From sequence record PP430345: a stretch of 64,000 bases of DNA. One strand, written 5' to 3'. Source of the stretch: Escherichia phage vB_EcoM-LTH01. A model generated the notes under the pieces. The model worked only from the letters and a program-made list of their open reading frames with translations. It searched no databases and had not been told where the DNA came from. The position numbers were made by a program, and so were the translations under genes. This document shows, in pieces, positions 9,733-19,059 of this stretch; within the stretch, counting starts at the first letter, position 1; each line of letters starts with the position of its first letter.

Positions 9733-10040
9733 CTTATCCTACGGTCACACAAGTCTGACCATCTATCTCTGAGCAAGGGATTTCAAAATGTCTCCCGTCC
9801 CCAAATACATCTCGCCACATAGTCTATTCGGAAGCGGGAGTCTATGCACACCCCTTGCGGTAAGTGACCTCACTTTGAGATCAGCATCTTCCTTATTCGA
9901 CGAGTTAAATTCTCTTTAAGGTAGCCAGTGTTCGCAGCACTAACTATGAGGTATCCGTAAGATGATTTCAGTCATCTACCGAAAAATTACACCAAGCAAC
10001 TACCTTAAAGAGAACTTCTTAGTAAAGGCCCTTGCGAGCC

Positions 10041-10421
10041 TTAATCTTCACCTTCTGCCATTTTATACTCACGAATCTGAGTAGTTAATGGAATAGCATC
10101 TTTAAATGCATCAGAAGGGCCTTGATGAGTTTCTGAATTTGCAGAAGTAGTTCCTCCTGCCAGATCCTCTTCATTATCTTCCATTGTGTACAGATTGTTT
10201 GCCTTTTCAGCTTGCTCAAGAATATACTTCGCAGTAGTTTCTTTAACTTTCTCTGTACCGGAAGTCAGTAGACCTTCCAGAGTTTTAATTGCTTGAGGAG
10301 TAAGTCTTGCAAACTCGGAACGAGCATGAAGAATTGCTCTCTCAGTATTGATTGCAATGCTTTCCTCTGTAGTAGGCCGACCGCGTTTTCGAGTAACGAT
10401 TTCAGCTTTAGCCATAAACAC
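10041..10421 (-). CDS. hypothetical protein with AT-hook-like KRGRP motif
   Basis: 126-aa ORF inside the tRNA region; N-terminal RKRGRPTTEE. Confidence 0.4.
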   Translation of the reverse strand: MFMAKAEIVTRKRGRPTTEESIAINTERAILHARSEFARLTPQAIKTLEGLLTSGTEKVKETTAKYILEQAEKANNLYTMEDNEEDLAGGTTSANSETHQGPSDAFKDAIPLTTQIREYKMAEGED

Positions 10422-10607
10422 CTCAATTCAGTCGATATAACTATATTAGCAGTATAATAGGATTATGTCAAGAACTTATTGAAATGTATTAAGAAATGAA
10501 ATGGGGGTGCGCCGTTTCTGCTGTAATCTACGTCGTTATCGTTGAGGGAACTCGTAGTCAGGGAACATCAGTCCGACGACTTATCGGGAGCGACCCGACT
10601 TCTTATG

Positions 10608-10682
10608 TGGTGGCCCTGGGTGGAATCGAACCACCGTCTGGCGATTATGAGTCGCTTGCTTGAACCGTCCAGCTACAGGGCC
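10608..10682 (-). tRNA. tRNA-Met (anticodon CAT)
   Basis: Acceptor GGCCCTG/CAGGGCC, anticodon loop CTCATAA, T-arm GGTGG-TTCGATT-CCACC, CCA encoded. Confidence 0.75.
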
Positions 10683-10697
10683 TGTATTTAAAAGAAC

Positions 10698-10782
10698 TTA
10701 GCGCGGGAGGAAGGACTCGAACCTTCATACTCCAATTACTCGATTAACGACGGTTTAGAAGACCGTTGAGATACACCCGCGC
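10698..10782 (-). ncRNA. tRNA-like element (Arg-TCT-like anticodon arm) lacking a recognisable D-arm
   Basis: Closing 10-bp stem TTAGCGCGGG/CCCGCGCTAA, canonical anticodon arm ACGGT-CTTCTAA-ACCGT, T-arm GAAGG-TTCGAGT-CCTTC, ~24-nt insert before T-arm; no 3' CCA encoded. Confidence 0.3.
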
Positions 10783-11093
10783 TAAATTCTCTTGTGGGTG
10801 GTGACAGGTTTTGGATATTTAACGACAGGATAACCTTAAACCTCGTCATCATGACAAGGGGTACACCGTAAAAGATTGTCGTGGTATTAAAACTATAATG
10901 ATCCGTGGATCACTAATCAGACGATCTTCGACGGCTCCCCGATATACACAGGGATGGACTGGGCATCCCATTTAGTCGCAGTCAACCAAAAGCGTAAATC
11001 GCGGCGGTGGTATATTGGTTCCAACATATATTTATCCACCCAGCCTTCAAGATGACTAATCTCTCAGGCAACAAAATAATCTTACATATTTAA

Positions 11094-11276
11094 TCAGCTA
11101 TTGTCAACAGGTTTTTTACCATTAATGCAGAGATTACACATCACTGATCTCTTTGGTCCTAAAAACCTGTAACCGCAAACAAAACACTGACAAGTGTAGC
11201 CTTTTTGTTTTTCATGGTTGCGAGGATCATCGAAACTTAGAGATTCAAAGGTCTGGTCTTTCATCATACATCCCAA
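11094..11276 (-). CDS. small Cys-rich zinc-ribbon-like protein
   Basis: 60 aa with CQCFVCG...CNLC pattern. Confidence 0.35.
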   Translation of the reverse strand: MGCMMKDQTFESLSFDDPRNHEKQKGYTCQCFVCGYRFLGPKRSVMCNLCINGKKPVDNS

Positions 11277-11371
11277 TTCTCCTCGTTAATAATTCCTTCT
11301 CCGAATCCTACGAAACCATCAAATTCGTCTTTCATTAACCTTCTCCGTATCCAATCATGTATCTTCTCCTA

Positions 11372-11590
11372 TTACAGTTTAACAACACTAACGCTAAAGC
11401 CAGGTATGGTTTTACACTCAGCTTCCATAGATTCAAGAGTCCCTTCAACAAGTTCTTTTTCTACAGCTTCGAAAATCTCTTCGATGCTCAAGCCGGACTT
11501 TTCCATCTTAGCTTTTAACATCTCTTCCATATCTTCGTTAGTGTAGTCAATTTCATAAGTAACCTTGAGTTCTACAACCTGTTTAGTCAT
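11372..11590 (-). CDS. hypothetical small acidic protein
   Basis: 72-aa ORF in tightly packed leftward operon. Confidence 0.4.
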   Translation of the reverse strand: MTKQVVELKVTYEIDYTNEDMEEMLKAKMEKSGLSIEEIFEAVEKELVEGTLESMEAECKTIPGFSVSVVKL

Positions 11591-11807
11591 TGGCGATCTC
11601 CGAAACGGTAACTTCAGTAGTTAACCCAGGGAATTCTGAATCATCATTAGGGAACTGTTCTACAAACCCCTCAAGAAATTGCTGCGGGAATGTCTTGTAG
11701 AGTTCTTCAACTGTAATACCTTGACGCTCAGAAGCTTCTTTCATTTCTTTGCTAAGAGCTTCATTAGTCTTATCTACGGTAAAGTTCAATGTAATGCTAA
11801 ATTTCAT
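11583..11807 (-). CDS. hypothetical small acidic protein
   Basis: 74-aa ORF, overlapping start/stop with neighbours. Confidence 0.4.
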   Translation of the reverse strand: MKFSITLNFTVDKTNEALSKEMKEASERQGITVEELYKTFPQQFLEGFVEQFPNDDSEFPGLTTEVTVSEIAND

Positions 11808-12052
11808 TTTGCCTCCATAAAAGTCATCTTGTAACGAGAAGTTAAGTCACCCTCGTTGGGGTAGAAGAAGTATATTCGATTTCCTTTCCCAAAGTCAATC
11901 TTTTTCCAACACTCCAGAGAAAACCCTGTAGTCTCAAAAGCAATGTCGTTACCCTCATCGAAAGCTTCATCATAGCTGTTAAAGGTATCGATATACTCTT
12001 CCGTTACGTATCCAGCAGCACCGTATTCCAGTGCAAGTTTAAAGTTTTTCAT
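11804..12052 (-). CDS. hypothetical protein
   Basis: 82-aa ORF, overlapping start/stop with upstream gene. Confidence 0.4.
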   Translation of the reverse strand: MKNFKLALEYGAAGYVTEEYIDTFNSYDEAFDEGNDIAFETTGFSLECWKKIDFGKGNRIYFFYPNEGDLTSRYKMTFMEAK

Positions 12053-12110
12053 ATTAGTTAACCAGTCAAATAAAAGTATACCTCCATTTTACTGGCATAA
12101 CCAATGATAG

Positions 12111-12356
12111 TCAATGTAACTCAAGCGATTGAAGAAGTCCAGAAATTTCTTCTTCAAGTTTAGACTCTATTTGAATCTCCTTACATGGAATCATAAACTC
12201 TGGAACCATATCGGCATAAACTCTCTCAGAAACGATTTGAGCGTTCATTGCACTCCAGTCAAGAAAAGACATGACTTCATCTGTTTCTTTCATGAGAGAG
12301 CTTCCTATTGCGTTTAAACGGCATTCTGAAACCTGATTCACGATTACCTCCATCAA
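12111..12356 (-). CDS. hypothetical protein
   Basis: 81-aa ORF; ATGA overlap with upstream gene. Confidence 0.4.
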   Translation of the reverse strand: MMEVIVNQVSECRLNAIGSSLMKETDEVMSFLDWSAMNAQIVSERVYADMVPEFMIPCKEIQIESKLEEEISGLLQSLELH

Positions 12357-12739
12357 TATCCGTACTTCTCTTTAAGTATTGGGTCGTTAACCACAATGTA
12401 ATGACGTGGTTTCGACTTCCCGTTGATTATCACCTTATCTCTGTAAATCCTGATGTAACCGCCAGTCTCCATCTTCTTAAGGAATGCACTTACCTTGGCT
12501 TGACTGGTCGGTGACATTTGAAACAACTCACACAATGCCACCTGTGATTCATAGAAACACGTTTCCACTGATTCGCCCTGTCGAGAAGCAAACTCCGCAA
12601 AGAATGAAAATCTCCACCTCAAAAGTATCATCCTCTTTAAATCCTCGCCGGACATTTCAGTAACCCAACGAAGAGGAAGCATGGCGAACGCATCGTCTTC
12701 AAAAGTCTTCTTCCCAACAGAGGTGTTTATCTCAAACAT
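12353..12739 (-). CDS. hypothetical protein, possible winged-helix DNA-binding regulator
   Basis: 128 aa; first gene of leftward operon; C-terminal SQAKVSAFLKKMETGGYIRI resembles a recognition helix/wing. Confidence 0.35.
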   Translation of the reverse strand: MFEINTSVGKKTFEDDAFAMLPLRWVTEMSGEDLKRMILLRWRFSFFAEFASRQGESVETCFYESQVALCELFQMSPTSQAKVSAFLKKMETGGYIRIYRDKVIINGKSKPRHYIVVNDPILKEKYGY

Positions 12740-12766
12740 AGACCCTCCTCTTAATCTTACCTTCGC

Positions 12767-12795
12767 TATCTTACATGACTATCCCAACATGTCAA
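12767..12795 (-). promoter_or_regulatory. putative leftward sigma70-like promoter
   Basis: Minus-strand TTGACA, 16-bp spacer, TAAGAT; about 30 nt upstream of the 12739 start. Confidence 0.3.
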
Positions 12796-12880
12796 ACCCT
12801 TTATGCCCGTTTAGGCATACAATACTATATTAGATTTCCCTGGCTCGAAGCCTCTCGCCAAACCCTTTATCATTATAATT

Positions 12881-12929
12881 TATTCATTTCATTCATAAAT
12901 TATATAATAATTATTCATTTCATTCATAA
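12881..12929. repeat. perfect 18-bp direct repeat TATTCATTTCATTCATAA x2 in AT-rich divergent region
   Basis: Copies at 12881-12898 and 12912-12929. Confidence 0.8.
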
Positions 12930-12954
12930 TTATTATTAAAAACAATAAAAACAA

Positions 12955-13013
12955 GATCTTTTATAAGATCTTTTTATATATATGATCTATAGATCTACAG
13001 ATCTTAAAGGATC
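12955..13013. promoter_or_regulatory. cluster of six GATC sites with AGATCTTTTATA-like repeats
   Basis: GATC at 12955, 12967, 12984, 12992, 13000, 13010 within 59 bp. Confidence 0.7.
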
Positions 13014-13052
13014 TTTTATAGATTTTATACTAAATTTTTTAAATTTAAAGTC

Positions 13053-13081
13053 TTGACATGGAGTTTTTACATAGGTATAGT
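13053..13081 (+). promoter_or_regulatory. sigma70-like promoter for rightward operon
   Basis: TTGACA, 17-bp spacer, TATAGT. Confidence 0.5.
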
Positions 13082-13116
13082 GACTCTACTTTAACAAACA
13101 ACAGGTTATCTTTATA

Positions 13117-13398
13117 ATGATTTTGAATAATAAATGTAAAAAGTTATCAGAGAATGAATTAAGTCATCTTCAAGCTATGAGAGAAGCTTGGCATTCAGCA
13201 AAAGCTGGACTGAAAGTATGTGTTGTGACTGTTTACGAATGTGACTGGTACACCATTTTGGGGAACTATTACGGAGTAATGAATCAGTATGTGGAAAAAG
13301 GCTTGATTTATCATCGTGTGGAAGATAGTATGAATCCTGACTTACAGCTTGTGGCTGAAGATTTGGATAATGTACTAATAACTTTGGAGATGATCTAA
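13117..13398 (+). CDS. hypothetical protein
   Basis: 93-aa ORF, first gene after promoter. Confidence 0.45.
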   Translation: MILNNKCKKLSENELSHLQAMREAWHSAKAGLKVCVVTVYECDWYTILGNYYGVMNQYVEKGLIYHRVEDSMNPDLQLVAEDLDNVLITLEMI

Positions 13399-13537
13399 TG
13401 AAAGAGTGTAACGATATTGTTGCGTTTGGATTGAACATCGTGGAGTTTGGAACAGTGTGGTTTCTGATGCTAATAGCATTTGGTGTCAGTTTGGTTAAGT
13501 ATCTTAACAAAGGTATTGGAGAGAGGAAAAGTAAATC

Positions 13538-13837
13538 ATGAAATTGATCTTTAGTGATGAATTAAGCGAGCAGTTGGAAAACATCTTTCGTGCACAGGAA
13601 AAGCCTCGGTTCTACTTGTGGTGTACAGAACTGAATGACCAGTTTAAATACCTCGAAGAAATCCTCGAAGGGAGGGGTGTAGAACTCACTGTGGCGAAAG
13701 TAAGACAGAACTGTGACAACTTATGCCTCTCTGTGATTGGTGACGCTGACGAGGTTGCTTGGATGGATATGGCCCTATTGGTCTATTCACATAATCATCG
13801 TTATAAGCACCTTCTTGTTTTGGAGCATATGGAATGA
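13538..13837 (+). CDS. hypothetical protein
   Basis: 99-aa ORF. Confidence 0.45.
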   Translation: MKLIFSDELSEQLENIFRAQEKPRFYLWCTELNDQFKYLEEILEGRGVELTVAKVRQNCDNLCLSVIGDADEVAWMDMALLVYSHNHRYKHLLVLEHME

Positions 13838-14172
13838 AAAAGTCTATTGTGGCGTACAAGTTGTTTAGAGTCAGGAAAGACGGTACAATAGGCCCCCTAT
13901 TTATCAATAGATCTTTAGTCGTAGAAAAGAATAAGTGGATGGAAGCTGAAAATCATCCTACTCGGGGATTTTCTGTACGACCAGGTTGGCATTGTACACT
14001 TAAACCTGAAGCTCCTCATCTGAAGATAAACCTTAAATCGGGAGAGATCCGTAAATGGTTCAAGGTTGAAGTTCAAGGCACTGTTAATTTTCAAAGACCT
14101 GAATCTCAAGGCGGCACTTGGATATTGGCAGAAAGATTACGCGTTCTGGAGGAGGTATCTGGCAGTGTGTGA
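13834..14172 (+). CDS. hypothetical protein
   Basis: 112 aa; ATGA overlap with upstream gene. Confidence 0.45.
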   Translation: MKKSIVAYKLFRVRKDGTIGPLFINRSLVVEKNKWMEAENHPTRGFSVRPGWHCTLKPEAPHLKINLKSGEIRKWFKVEVQGTVNFQRPESQGGTWILAERLRVLEEVSGSV

Positions 14173-14404
14173 ATGTGATAATTGTAAGCTTGGGAAAAGG
14201 ATCGGGGATGTTCGAGAATACCTGAAAGATCGCCCTGATCTTGTTGACACTCTTGATGAACTGTATAGTGAATACATTCATGTAAGTACGGATCTTGAGT
14301 GGCTTGAGAACGTTGTAAATAAAAGGTGGCCTAATTACCAGGGGTGTATGAAGGCTTATGGTTGGGTAGAGGACAAAAAGGAGACTAATGATGAAAGTTG
14401 TTGA
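14165..14404 (+). CDS. hypothetical Cys-containing small protein
   Basis: Start reassigned to GTG 14165 with GGAGG upstream; ORF-track start 14066 overlaps previous gene. Confidence 0.35.
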   Translation: MCECDNCKLGKRIGDVREYLKDRPDLVDTLDELYSEYIHVSTDLEWLENVVNKRWPNYQGCMKAYGWVEDKKETNDESC

Positions 14405-14582
14405 TATAGAGATCAGTGAGAACATTGCTGGTGGGTATTCTCTTCTGGTATGTAATCGTGAAGGTGGTGAGATTGTTCACGGCTATAAGGTTGGTGGGAT
14501 GGACACTGTAGAGTCATTCACTGTTCCTTTGGACGTATTACTGGAAGCAATCAAGAATAACACCTACGATACTGAAGAGTGA
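14388..14582 (+). CDS. hypothetical protein
   Basis: 64-aa ORF. Confidence 0.35.
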   Translation: MMKVVDIEISENIAGGYSLLVCNREGGEIVHGYKVGGMDTVESFTVPLDVLLEAIKNNTYDTEE

Positions 14583-14586
14583 TGCT

Positions 14587-14958
14587 ATGACGACAGAGAA
14601 GAAGCCTTTTGACAAGACGGCCTTTGTTTTTAATACGCCAGTTGAAAAACTTGAAGAATGTTTGTTGACATGCAATGAAGAGTTGAGTAGACTGCTCACT
14701 ATTCCGAAACCGGACCCTTGGGTACAGGATCGTATCGACGATCTGTCTTATTGGTTGGGTATTTGGGAGCTACAGCTTCCTGACGCTAAGAGACGGAAGA
14801 TGACAACCGTTCCTATGAGTGCGATAGAAAGAGTCGTGCTTGGGCTGTATGAGAAGCCAGAGGAGCCTAAAAAGGCTTGGACCAAACCGAAAAAGAAAGC
14901 ACCACCAAAGGTGGAAAAGGAGAAGAAACGTGTCACAAAAAAGAAAAAGTCTGTCTGA
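14587..14958 (+). CDS. hypothetical protein with Lys-rich basic tail
   Basis: 123 aa; C-terminus KKAPPKVEKEKKRVTKKKKSV. Confidence 0.45.
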   Translation: MTTEKKPFDKTAFVFNTPVEKLEECLLTCNEELSRLLTIPKPDPWVQDRIDDLSYWLGIWELQLPDAKRRKMTTVPMSAIERVVLGLYEKPEEPKKAWTKPKKKAPPKVEKEKKRVTKKKKSV

Positions 14959-14977
14959 GAAATGGCTTAGTAACGGA

Positions 14978-15331
14978 ATGTCAAACCAGTGGATTGATTC
15001 TGGATTGGCAACCTGCTTGAAAAAGCCAAACAAGACGCTCATCGAAGAAGAACCAAAAGATGAAGTTTTCGAATCTCCGAATGGAAGTGTTTGGATTGTG
15101 GCTGTCGATTACAGTGGACGGGTAACCGTCCTTAAAGCACCAAATATTCATCCTGCATTGCTTGACGAGGGTCCTGAAGCGGAGTATATTGGTCTTCCAC
15201 CTGATTCAGATTCTGGCCCTGGTGTTTACCGTTGGACGTGTAGTTATCATGAAAGTAAGGATCGAGAATCTAATCTTGTGGACGGTTTTGAGTTTCATGT
15301 GGAGAAAGAAGAGGTTCTTTTCTCTGTTTAG
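14978..15331 (+). CDS. hypothetical protein
   Basis: Start reassigned to first in-frame ATG after upstream stop. Confidence 0.4.
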   Translation: MSNQWIDSGLATCLKKPNKTLIEEEPKDEVFESPNGSVWIVAVDYSGRVTVLKAPNIHPALLDEGPEAEYIGLPPDSDSGPGVYRWTCSYHESKDRESNLVDGFEFHVEKEEVLFSV

Positions 15332-15340
15332 GAGGAAACA

Positions 15341-15562
15341 ATGAGGATAAGTAAGAAGACTCATCCGTTTTATTTCACCAATGTCTATATGGGTGGGGAA
15401 CTGAAGAAATCCAGCTTTGATGCTTGGTATCGAGGGATCAAAGCATTCGCATTTCTCCGTCGGAACATTGGTGGCATCATTAAAAAGAATGATCAGTTCT
15501 TTAAAGAGAATCCTGATTATGTTGAAGGTGCTCTTTGTGGAAAACTAAAGGAGACTAAATGA
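15341..15562 (+). CDS. hypothetical protein
   Basis: 73-aa ORF with GGAGG RBS. Confidence 0.4.
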   Translation: MRISKKTHPFYFTNVYMGGELKKSSFDAWYRGIKAFAFLRRNIGGIIKKNDQFFKENPDYVEGALCGKLKETK

Positions 15563-15894
15563 AATATCGGTTCAATGGCTACAAAACTAAATTTACCTCT
15601 CTTAAGTTTGTTGTTGGTAAGGTATATGATTTCAAAGATCGAGTTTTTGAAGTTGCTAATGAAGATGGGATCATGCTATCGGGTAGCGACGAGAATGGTA
15701 CAACCGGAGTGATCGTATTTTTTAAGGACTATGATTTCGAAGTTGTTGGGGAGGGAAGTCCTGAGATACGGTATATTGTTAGTGGCAAGAATGTAACTAA
15801 AGAGGTCTTTGAAGAGGTTAAAAAATCCCTAGAAGATCTTGACAAGATTGGGTTTGGTCTGGCAAAATACACATTAGAAATCAAAGCAAACTAA
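15559..15894 (+). CDS. hypothetical protein
   Basis: 111 aa; ATGA overlap. Confidence 0.45.
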   Translation: MKYRFNGYKTKFTSLKFVVGKVYDFKDRVFEVANEDGIMLSGSDENGTTGVIVFFKDYDFEVVGEGSPEIRYIVSGKNVTKEVFEEVKKSLEDLDKIGFGLAKYTLEIKAN

Positions 15895-15903
15895 GGAGAA
15901 GTG

Positions 15904-17271
15904 ATGAGCGTAACTAAGATTATCGAACAACTGGCAGCAACCGGATCAACAAAAGAAAAAGAAGCGATCTTACGTAGTCATGCGGATAACGATGGCCTGC
16001 GTGAAGTATTTCGGGTAGCATATAGCAAAGAGTTAAACTTCTTTGTTCGCAGTTTTAAGGTTGATCCTGCAACTTTCCACCAAGGAAGCCGTAATCTGCA
16101 AGAGAGTATTGATCTTATCGTCAACGATGTTGCAAGCCGTATGTACACTGGGCATGAAGCTCGTGATGTTCTCACGAATGCCGTTCAACTGTGTGAAGAA
16201 CCCGAAACCCTGATAAAGATCATCAACCGCGATCTTGAGTGTGGTATCCAGACAACTCTGACCAACAAGGTTTGGAAGGACCTGATTACAGAGCCTCCTT
16301 ACCAGAGCTATACTCTTTTCAAAGAGGATCTCCTTCGTAATTTCAACTATGAGGGTGCTTTCTCCGACGAGAAGATGGACGGACTTTATGCAGACATTAT
16401 GGTTTGGCCTGAGCAGGTCATTTATCGTTCACGATCAGGGAAAGAGCTTAATTTCCGGTGTATTACTTCACTTGAGCAAAACCTGAAAGAAAAAGCCAAT
16501 TCTGATGGTCCTTTTGTTATGCACGGGGAAGGTTTAGTTATTGACCTGTCATACCCGCACGGGGTTCAACCACGAGAGATCGGTAACGGATATCTTAACC
16601 AAGATCCTGAAAACATTGATCCTAATCTGGTACGTTTGGTTGTTTGGGATGTTGTTTCTATGGACGAGTATATCGCACGTAAATCCAAGAAAAAATATAA
16701 AGACCGTCGTAAGCAGGTTGAAAATATTGTCAACTATGTTGATGAGTCTTCTCATTTCCAGATGATCCGTGGTCGTCAGATAGGCAGTCTTAAAGAGGCT
16801 ATTGACCACTTTATCGAAATGCGTTTGCAGAAGAAAGAGGGTACGGTTCTTAAAGAAGCGAATATGCCTTGGGGAGATAACAAGACTAAGAAAGGGATCA
16901 AACTTAAAAATGAGTTCGATGTTGATCTTGAGGTTGTGGCGACAACGCCTCACAAGAAGAAGCCTGGGCTTATTGGATCTCTGGTCTGCCGGACTCGTGA
17001 TGGACTTCTTGAAGTTGGTGCTGGGTCTGGACTTACTGATGCGCTTCGTAAAAAGCCGAGTGAGTATTTCATTGGGCAGATTATTACGATCAAGGCTAAT
17101 GACATTACTGATGCGGAGAATAAAGATCTGAAATCGCTGTTTTTGCCACGTTTAAATTATAAGTTTGTTGAACTTCGCTTTGATAAGAGCGTAGCCAACA
17201 GCCTGGAAGAAGTGATCGAAGCATCGAACTCTCTTCTGGATCTTCTTCGTAAAATTGCAGAGGAGGTTTAA
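15904..17271 (+). CDS. ATP-dependent DNA ligase
   Basis: Adenylation motif KMDG (DEKMDGLYADIMV); 455 aa; AGGAG RBS. Confidence 0.6.
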   Translation: MSVTKIIEQLAATGSTKEKEAILRSHADNDGLREVFRVAYSKELNFFVRSFKVDPATFHQGSRNLQESIDLIVNDVASRMYTGHEARDVLTNAVQLCEEPETLIKIINRDLECGIQTTLTNKVWKDLITEPPYQSYTLFKEDLLRNFNYEGAFSDEKMDGLYADIMVWPEQVIYRSRSGKELNFRCITSLEQNLKEKANSDGPFVMHGEGLVIDLSYPHGVQPREIGNGYLNQDPENIDPNLVRLVVWDVVSMDEYIARKSKKKYKDRRKQVENIVNYVDESSHFQMIRGRQIGSLKEAIDHFIEMRLQKKEGTVLKEANMPWGDNKTKKGIKLKNEFDVDLEVVATTPHKKKPGLIGSLVCRTRDGLLEVGAGSGLTDALRKKPSEYFIGQIITIKANDITDAENKDLKSLFLPRLNYKFVELRFDKSVANSLEEVIEASNSLLDLLRKIAEEV

Positions 17272-17273
17272 TA

Positions 17274-17735
17274 GTGGAAGCTTTAATTATCGCTGTTGTG
17301 GGGATTACACTTTACCTTTCCGTAATTTTGGGCGTTCCCGTGTTGCTTACTCGTAAGCCAGCAGGTAAGATCTTGAAGTTGATTCGTGAAGGATCTTCTC
17401 GGTTTGAGGTACATTCTGGAGTTTTTGTTCCTGAGGGCCATGAAGATCCTTGTGAGGATAATGATGATCTTTGGTATGTTGATTATACAATTGTTGATAC
17501 GGTCACAGGTAAGGTTACTTACATTGAAAAGGTTTGTGGTATTATCTCCGATAGCCTTTTCGTAAATGGCGATCTGTTCTGGATGAATGATTATGAAGGT
17601 ACACGACTTTACCACACCTGTCGTCGAATCGTTAAGCGACGTAATAAGGCTTCAAAAAAGGACAAACGATCTAAGTTCGAGATCGAAAAGGATGAAGCAC
17701 GTAAAGTTGCACTAGAAACTTATAAAGACTGTTGA
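17274..17735 (+). CDS. hypothetical membrane-anchored protein
   Basis: 153 aa; N-terminal hydrophobic helix; GTG start after GAGGAGG. Confidence 0.4.
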   Translation: MEALIIAVVGITLYLSVILGVPVLLTRKPAGKILKLIREGSSRFEVHSGVFVPEGHEDPCEDNDDLWYVDYTIVDTVTGKVTYIEKVCGIISDSLFVNGDLFWMNDYEGTRLYHTCRRIVKRRNKASKKDKRSKFEIEKDEARKVALETYKDC

Positions 17736-17788
17736 CAATGATAAGGGGCCATTATACATGACCCCAAGTTAAACGAAAGGAGATTAAA

Positions 17789-18526
17789 TTGAAATACAAT
17801 GAATTGAGTACTGATCAAAAAACCTTTATTTCCGAGATGATTGATGTTAAGGGCAATAGCTTCTTTCGGGAAGCAGCAGAGCGAGTAAAAAATTGGAATT
17901 TTGTTGCTCGTGGTTTTCATGACTTCTCTGAAGATGTTTCAAAATTCCAAAAAACTCTTGTTATGGAAGAGTACAATGAACTTTATGATCTTGGTTTAAC
18001 TAAAAAGAATCGTAAGGAAATCATAGATGCACTTTGCGACTTGTTTGTAGTTGGATCATATTACAACTTCTTGAAAGGTGGTTCTGAAAACATCTGTCCT
18101 GCTGACAATGTTGGTACGTATAATCTGACTTCGCTTTATCGAACTCTTGATCAATTTATCGAGAGTGACAATACAAACGGGATCGTTATGGCGGTTGTTG
18201 CAATCATGCAGAACTCCAACTTTAATGCTCATCGTGCTTTAAATGAGGTTTTGGATTCAAATGATTCCAAGATCCCAACCGTGAAAGAATTTACAGAAGG
18301 TTTCTACAAGACGTATTACTTTTTTGCAGAAGCTGATTTTGATCTTGATGCCATGATGCGTTTGGAAGCAGAACAGATTGAACTGCGTAACCGTAACCGT
18401 TATCATGGTGTGAAGGGAAGTATCGTAAAAGGTGGTGATGGTATGGATCGAGTAGTATTTAAAGATAAGAACGGCAAGATCATGAAGCCGATCACTTATT
18501 TTGAAGCAAACCTAGAGGGAATGTAA
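17789..18526 (+). CDS. hypothetical protein (weak MazG-like all-alpha NTP pyrophosphatase resemblance)
   Basis: 245 aa; MEEYNELYD...IIDALCDLFVV resembles EExxE...D motif; TTG start. Confidence 0.3.
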   Translation: MKYNELSTDQKTFISEMIDVKGNSFFREAAERVKNWNFVARGFHDFSEDVSKFQKTLVMEEYNELYDLGLTKKNRKEIIDALCDLFVVGSYYNFLKGGSENICPADNVGTYNLTSLYRTLDQFIESDNTNGIVMAVVAIMQNSNFNAHRALNEVLDSNDSKIPTVKEFTEGFYKTYYFFAEADFDLDAMMRLEAEQIELRNRNRYHGVKGSIVKGGDGMDRVVFKDKNGKIMKPITYFEANLEGM

Positions 18527-18529
18527 TTA

Positions 18530-18706
18530 ATGCCGTTGTATTCTTACAAATGTGAAAAATGTGGTGAAGTTTTCGATCAAAATAGAAAGATCGCAGAACG
18601 TGAAAATGCTCCTTGCAAGTGTGGAGAGATTGCAGTAAAATGTTTGTCTGCTCCACGAGGAATTAAAAACGGTTATTGTGACCAGGGTAAAATGTTTGTA
18701 CGATAG
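18530..18706 (+). CDS. zinc-ribbon protein (FmdB-like CxxC...CxxC)
   Basis: 58-aa ORF missing from the ORF track: MPLYSYKCEKCGEVF...PCKCGE. Confidence 0.45.
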   Translation: MPLYSYKCEKCGEVFDQNRKIAERENAPCKCGEIAVKCLSAPRGIKNGYCDQGKMFVR

Positions 18707-18714
18707 GGGGAATT

Positions 18715-19059
18715 ATGAATCAAGAAAAAGATGTTGAAAAACCTGGCTTACCTGTGTATGATGGTTCTCAGACTAAAATTTCTTTTGATGGTTTAGTTAT
18801 TACGGGTCTTGCAAGTGGTAAAAAATATGCTCGTCGTCCAAACGGTTATCATGAGATCTATGTCAGTGCATTAAGTCCTTTTGTCCGTCAGTTCCAAATT
18901 GGACTAAAAGGTAATTTAACCTTGAAGATCCATACGGGTTATGAAACATTTGCAACGTGTACTTTACCTTGTGAAACTGTAGCTCTGCTTGTGTCAGAGA
19001 TCAGTGATGAAATCCCAGTCTTTCAGGTTGTTTTTAAAGAACTTAAAAATCCTGCTTGA
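18715..19059 (+). CDS. hypothetical protein
   Basis: 114-aa ORF. Confidence 0.45.
   Translation: MNQEKDVEKPGLPVYDGSQTKISFDGLVITGLASGKKYARRPNGYHEIYVSALSPFVRQFQIGLKGNLTLKIHTGYETFATCTLPCETVALLVSEISDEIPVFQVVFKELKNPA

Noticed and set aside
9152-9758. ORFs 9152..9442 (-), 9433..9630 (+), 9567..9758 (+)
   Set aside because: They overlap the tRNA genes; tRNA cloverleaves explain the sequence better and no RBS is present.
14840-15344. ORF-track starts 14840 and 15162 producing long overlaps with neighbours
   Set aside because: The 14840 frame is kept but with start moved to ATG 14978; the 15162 ORF is out of frame within that gene and lacks an RBS.
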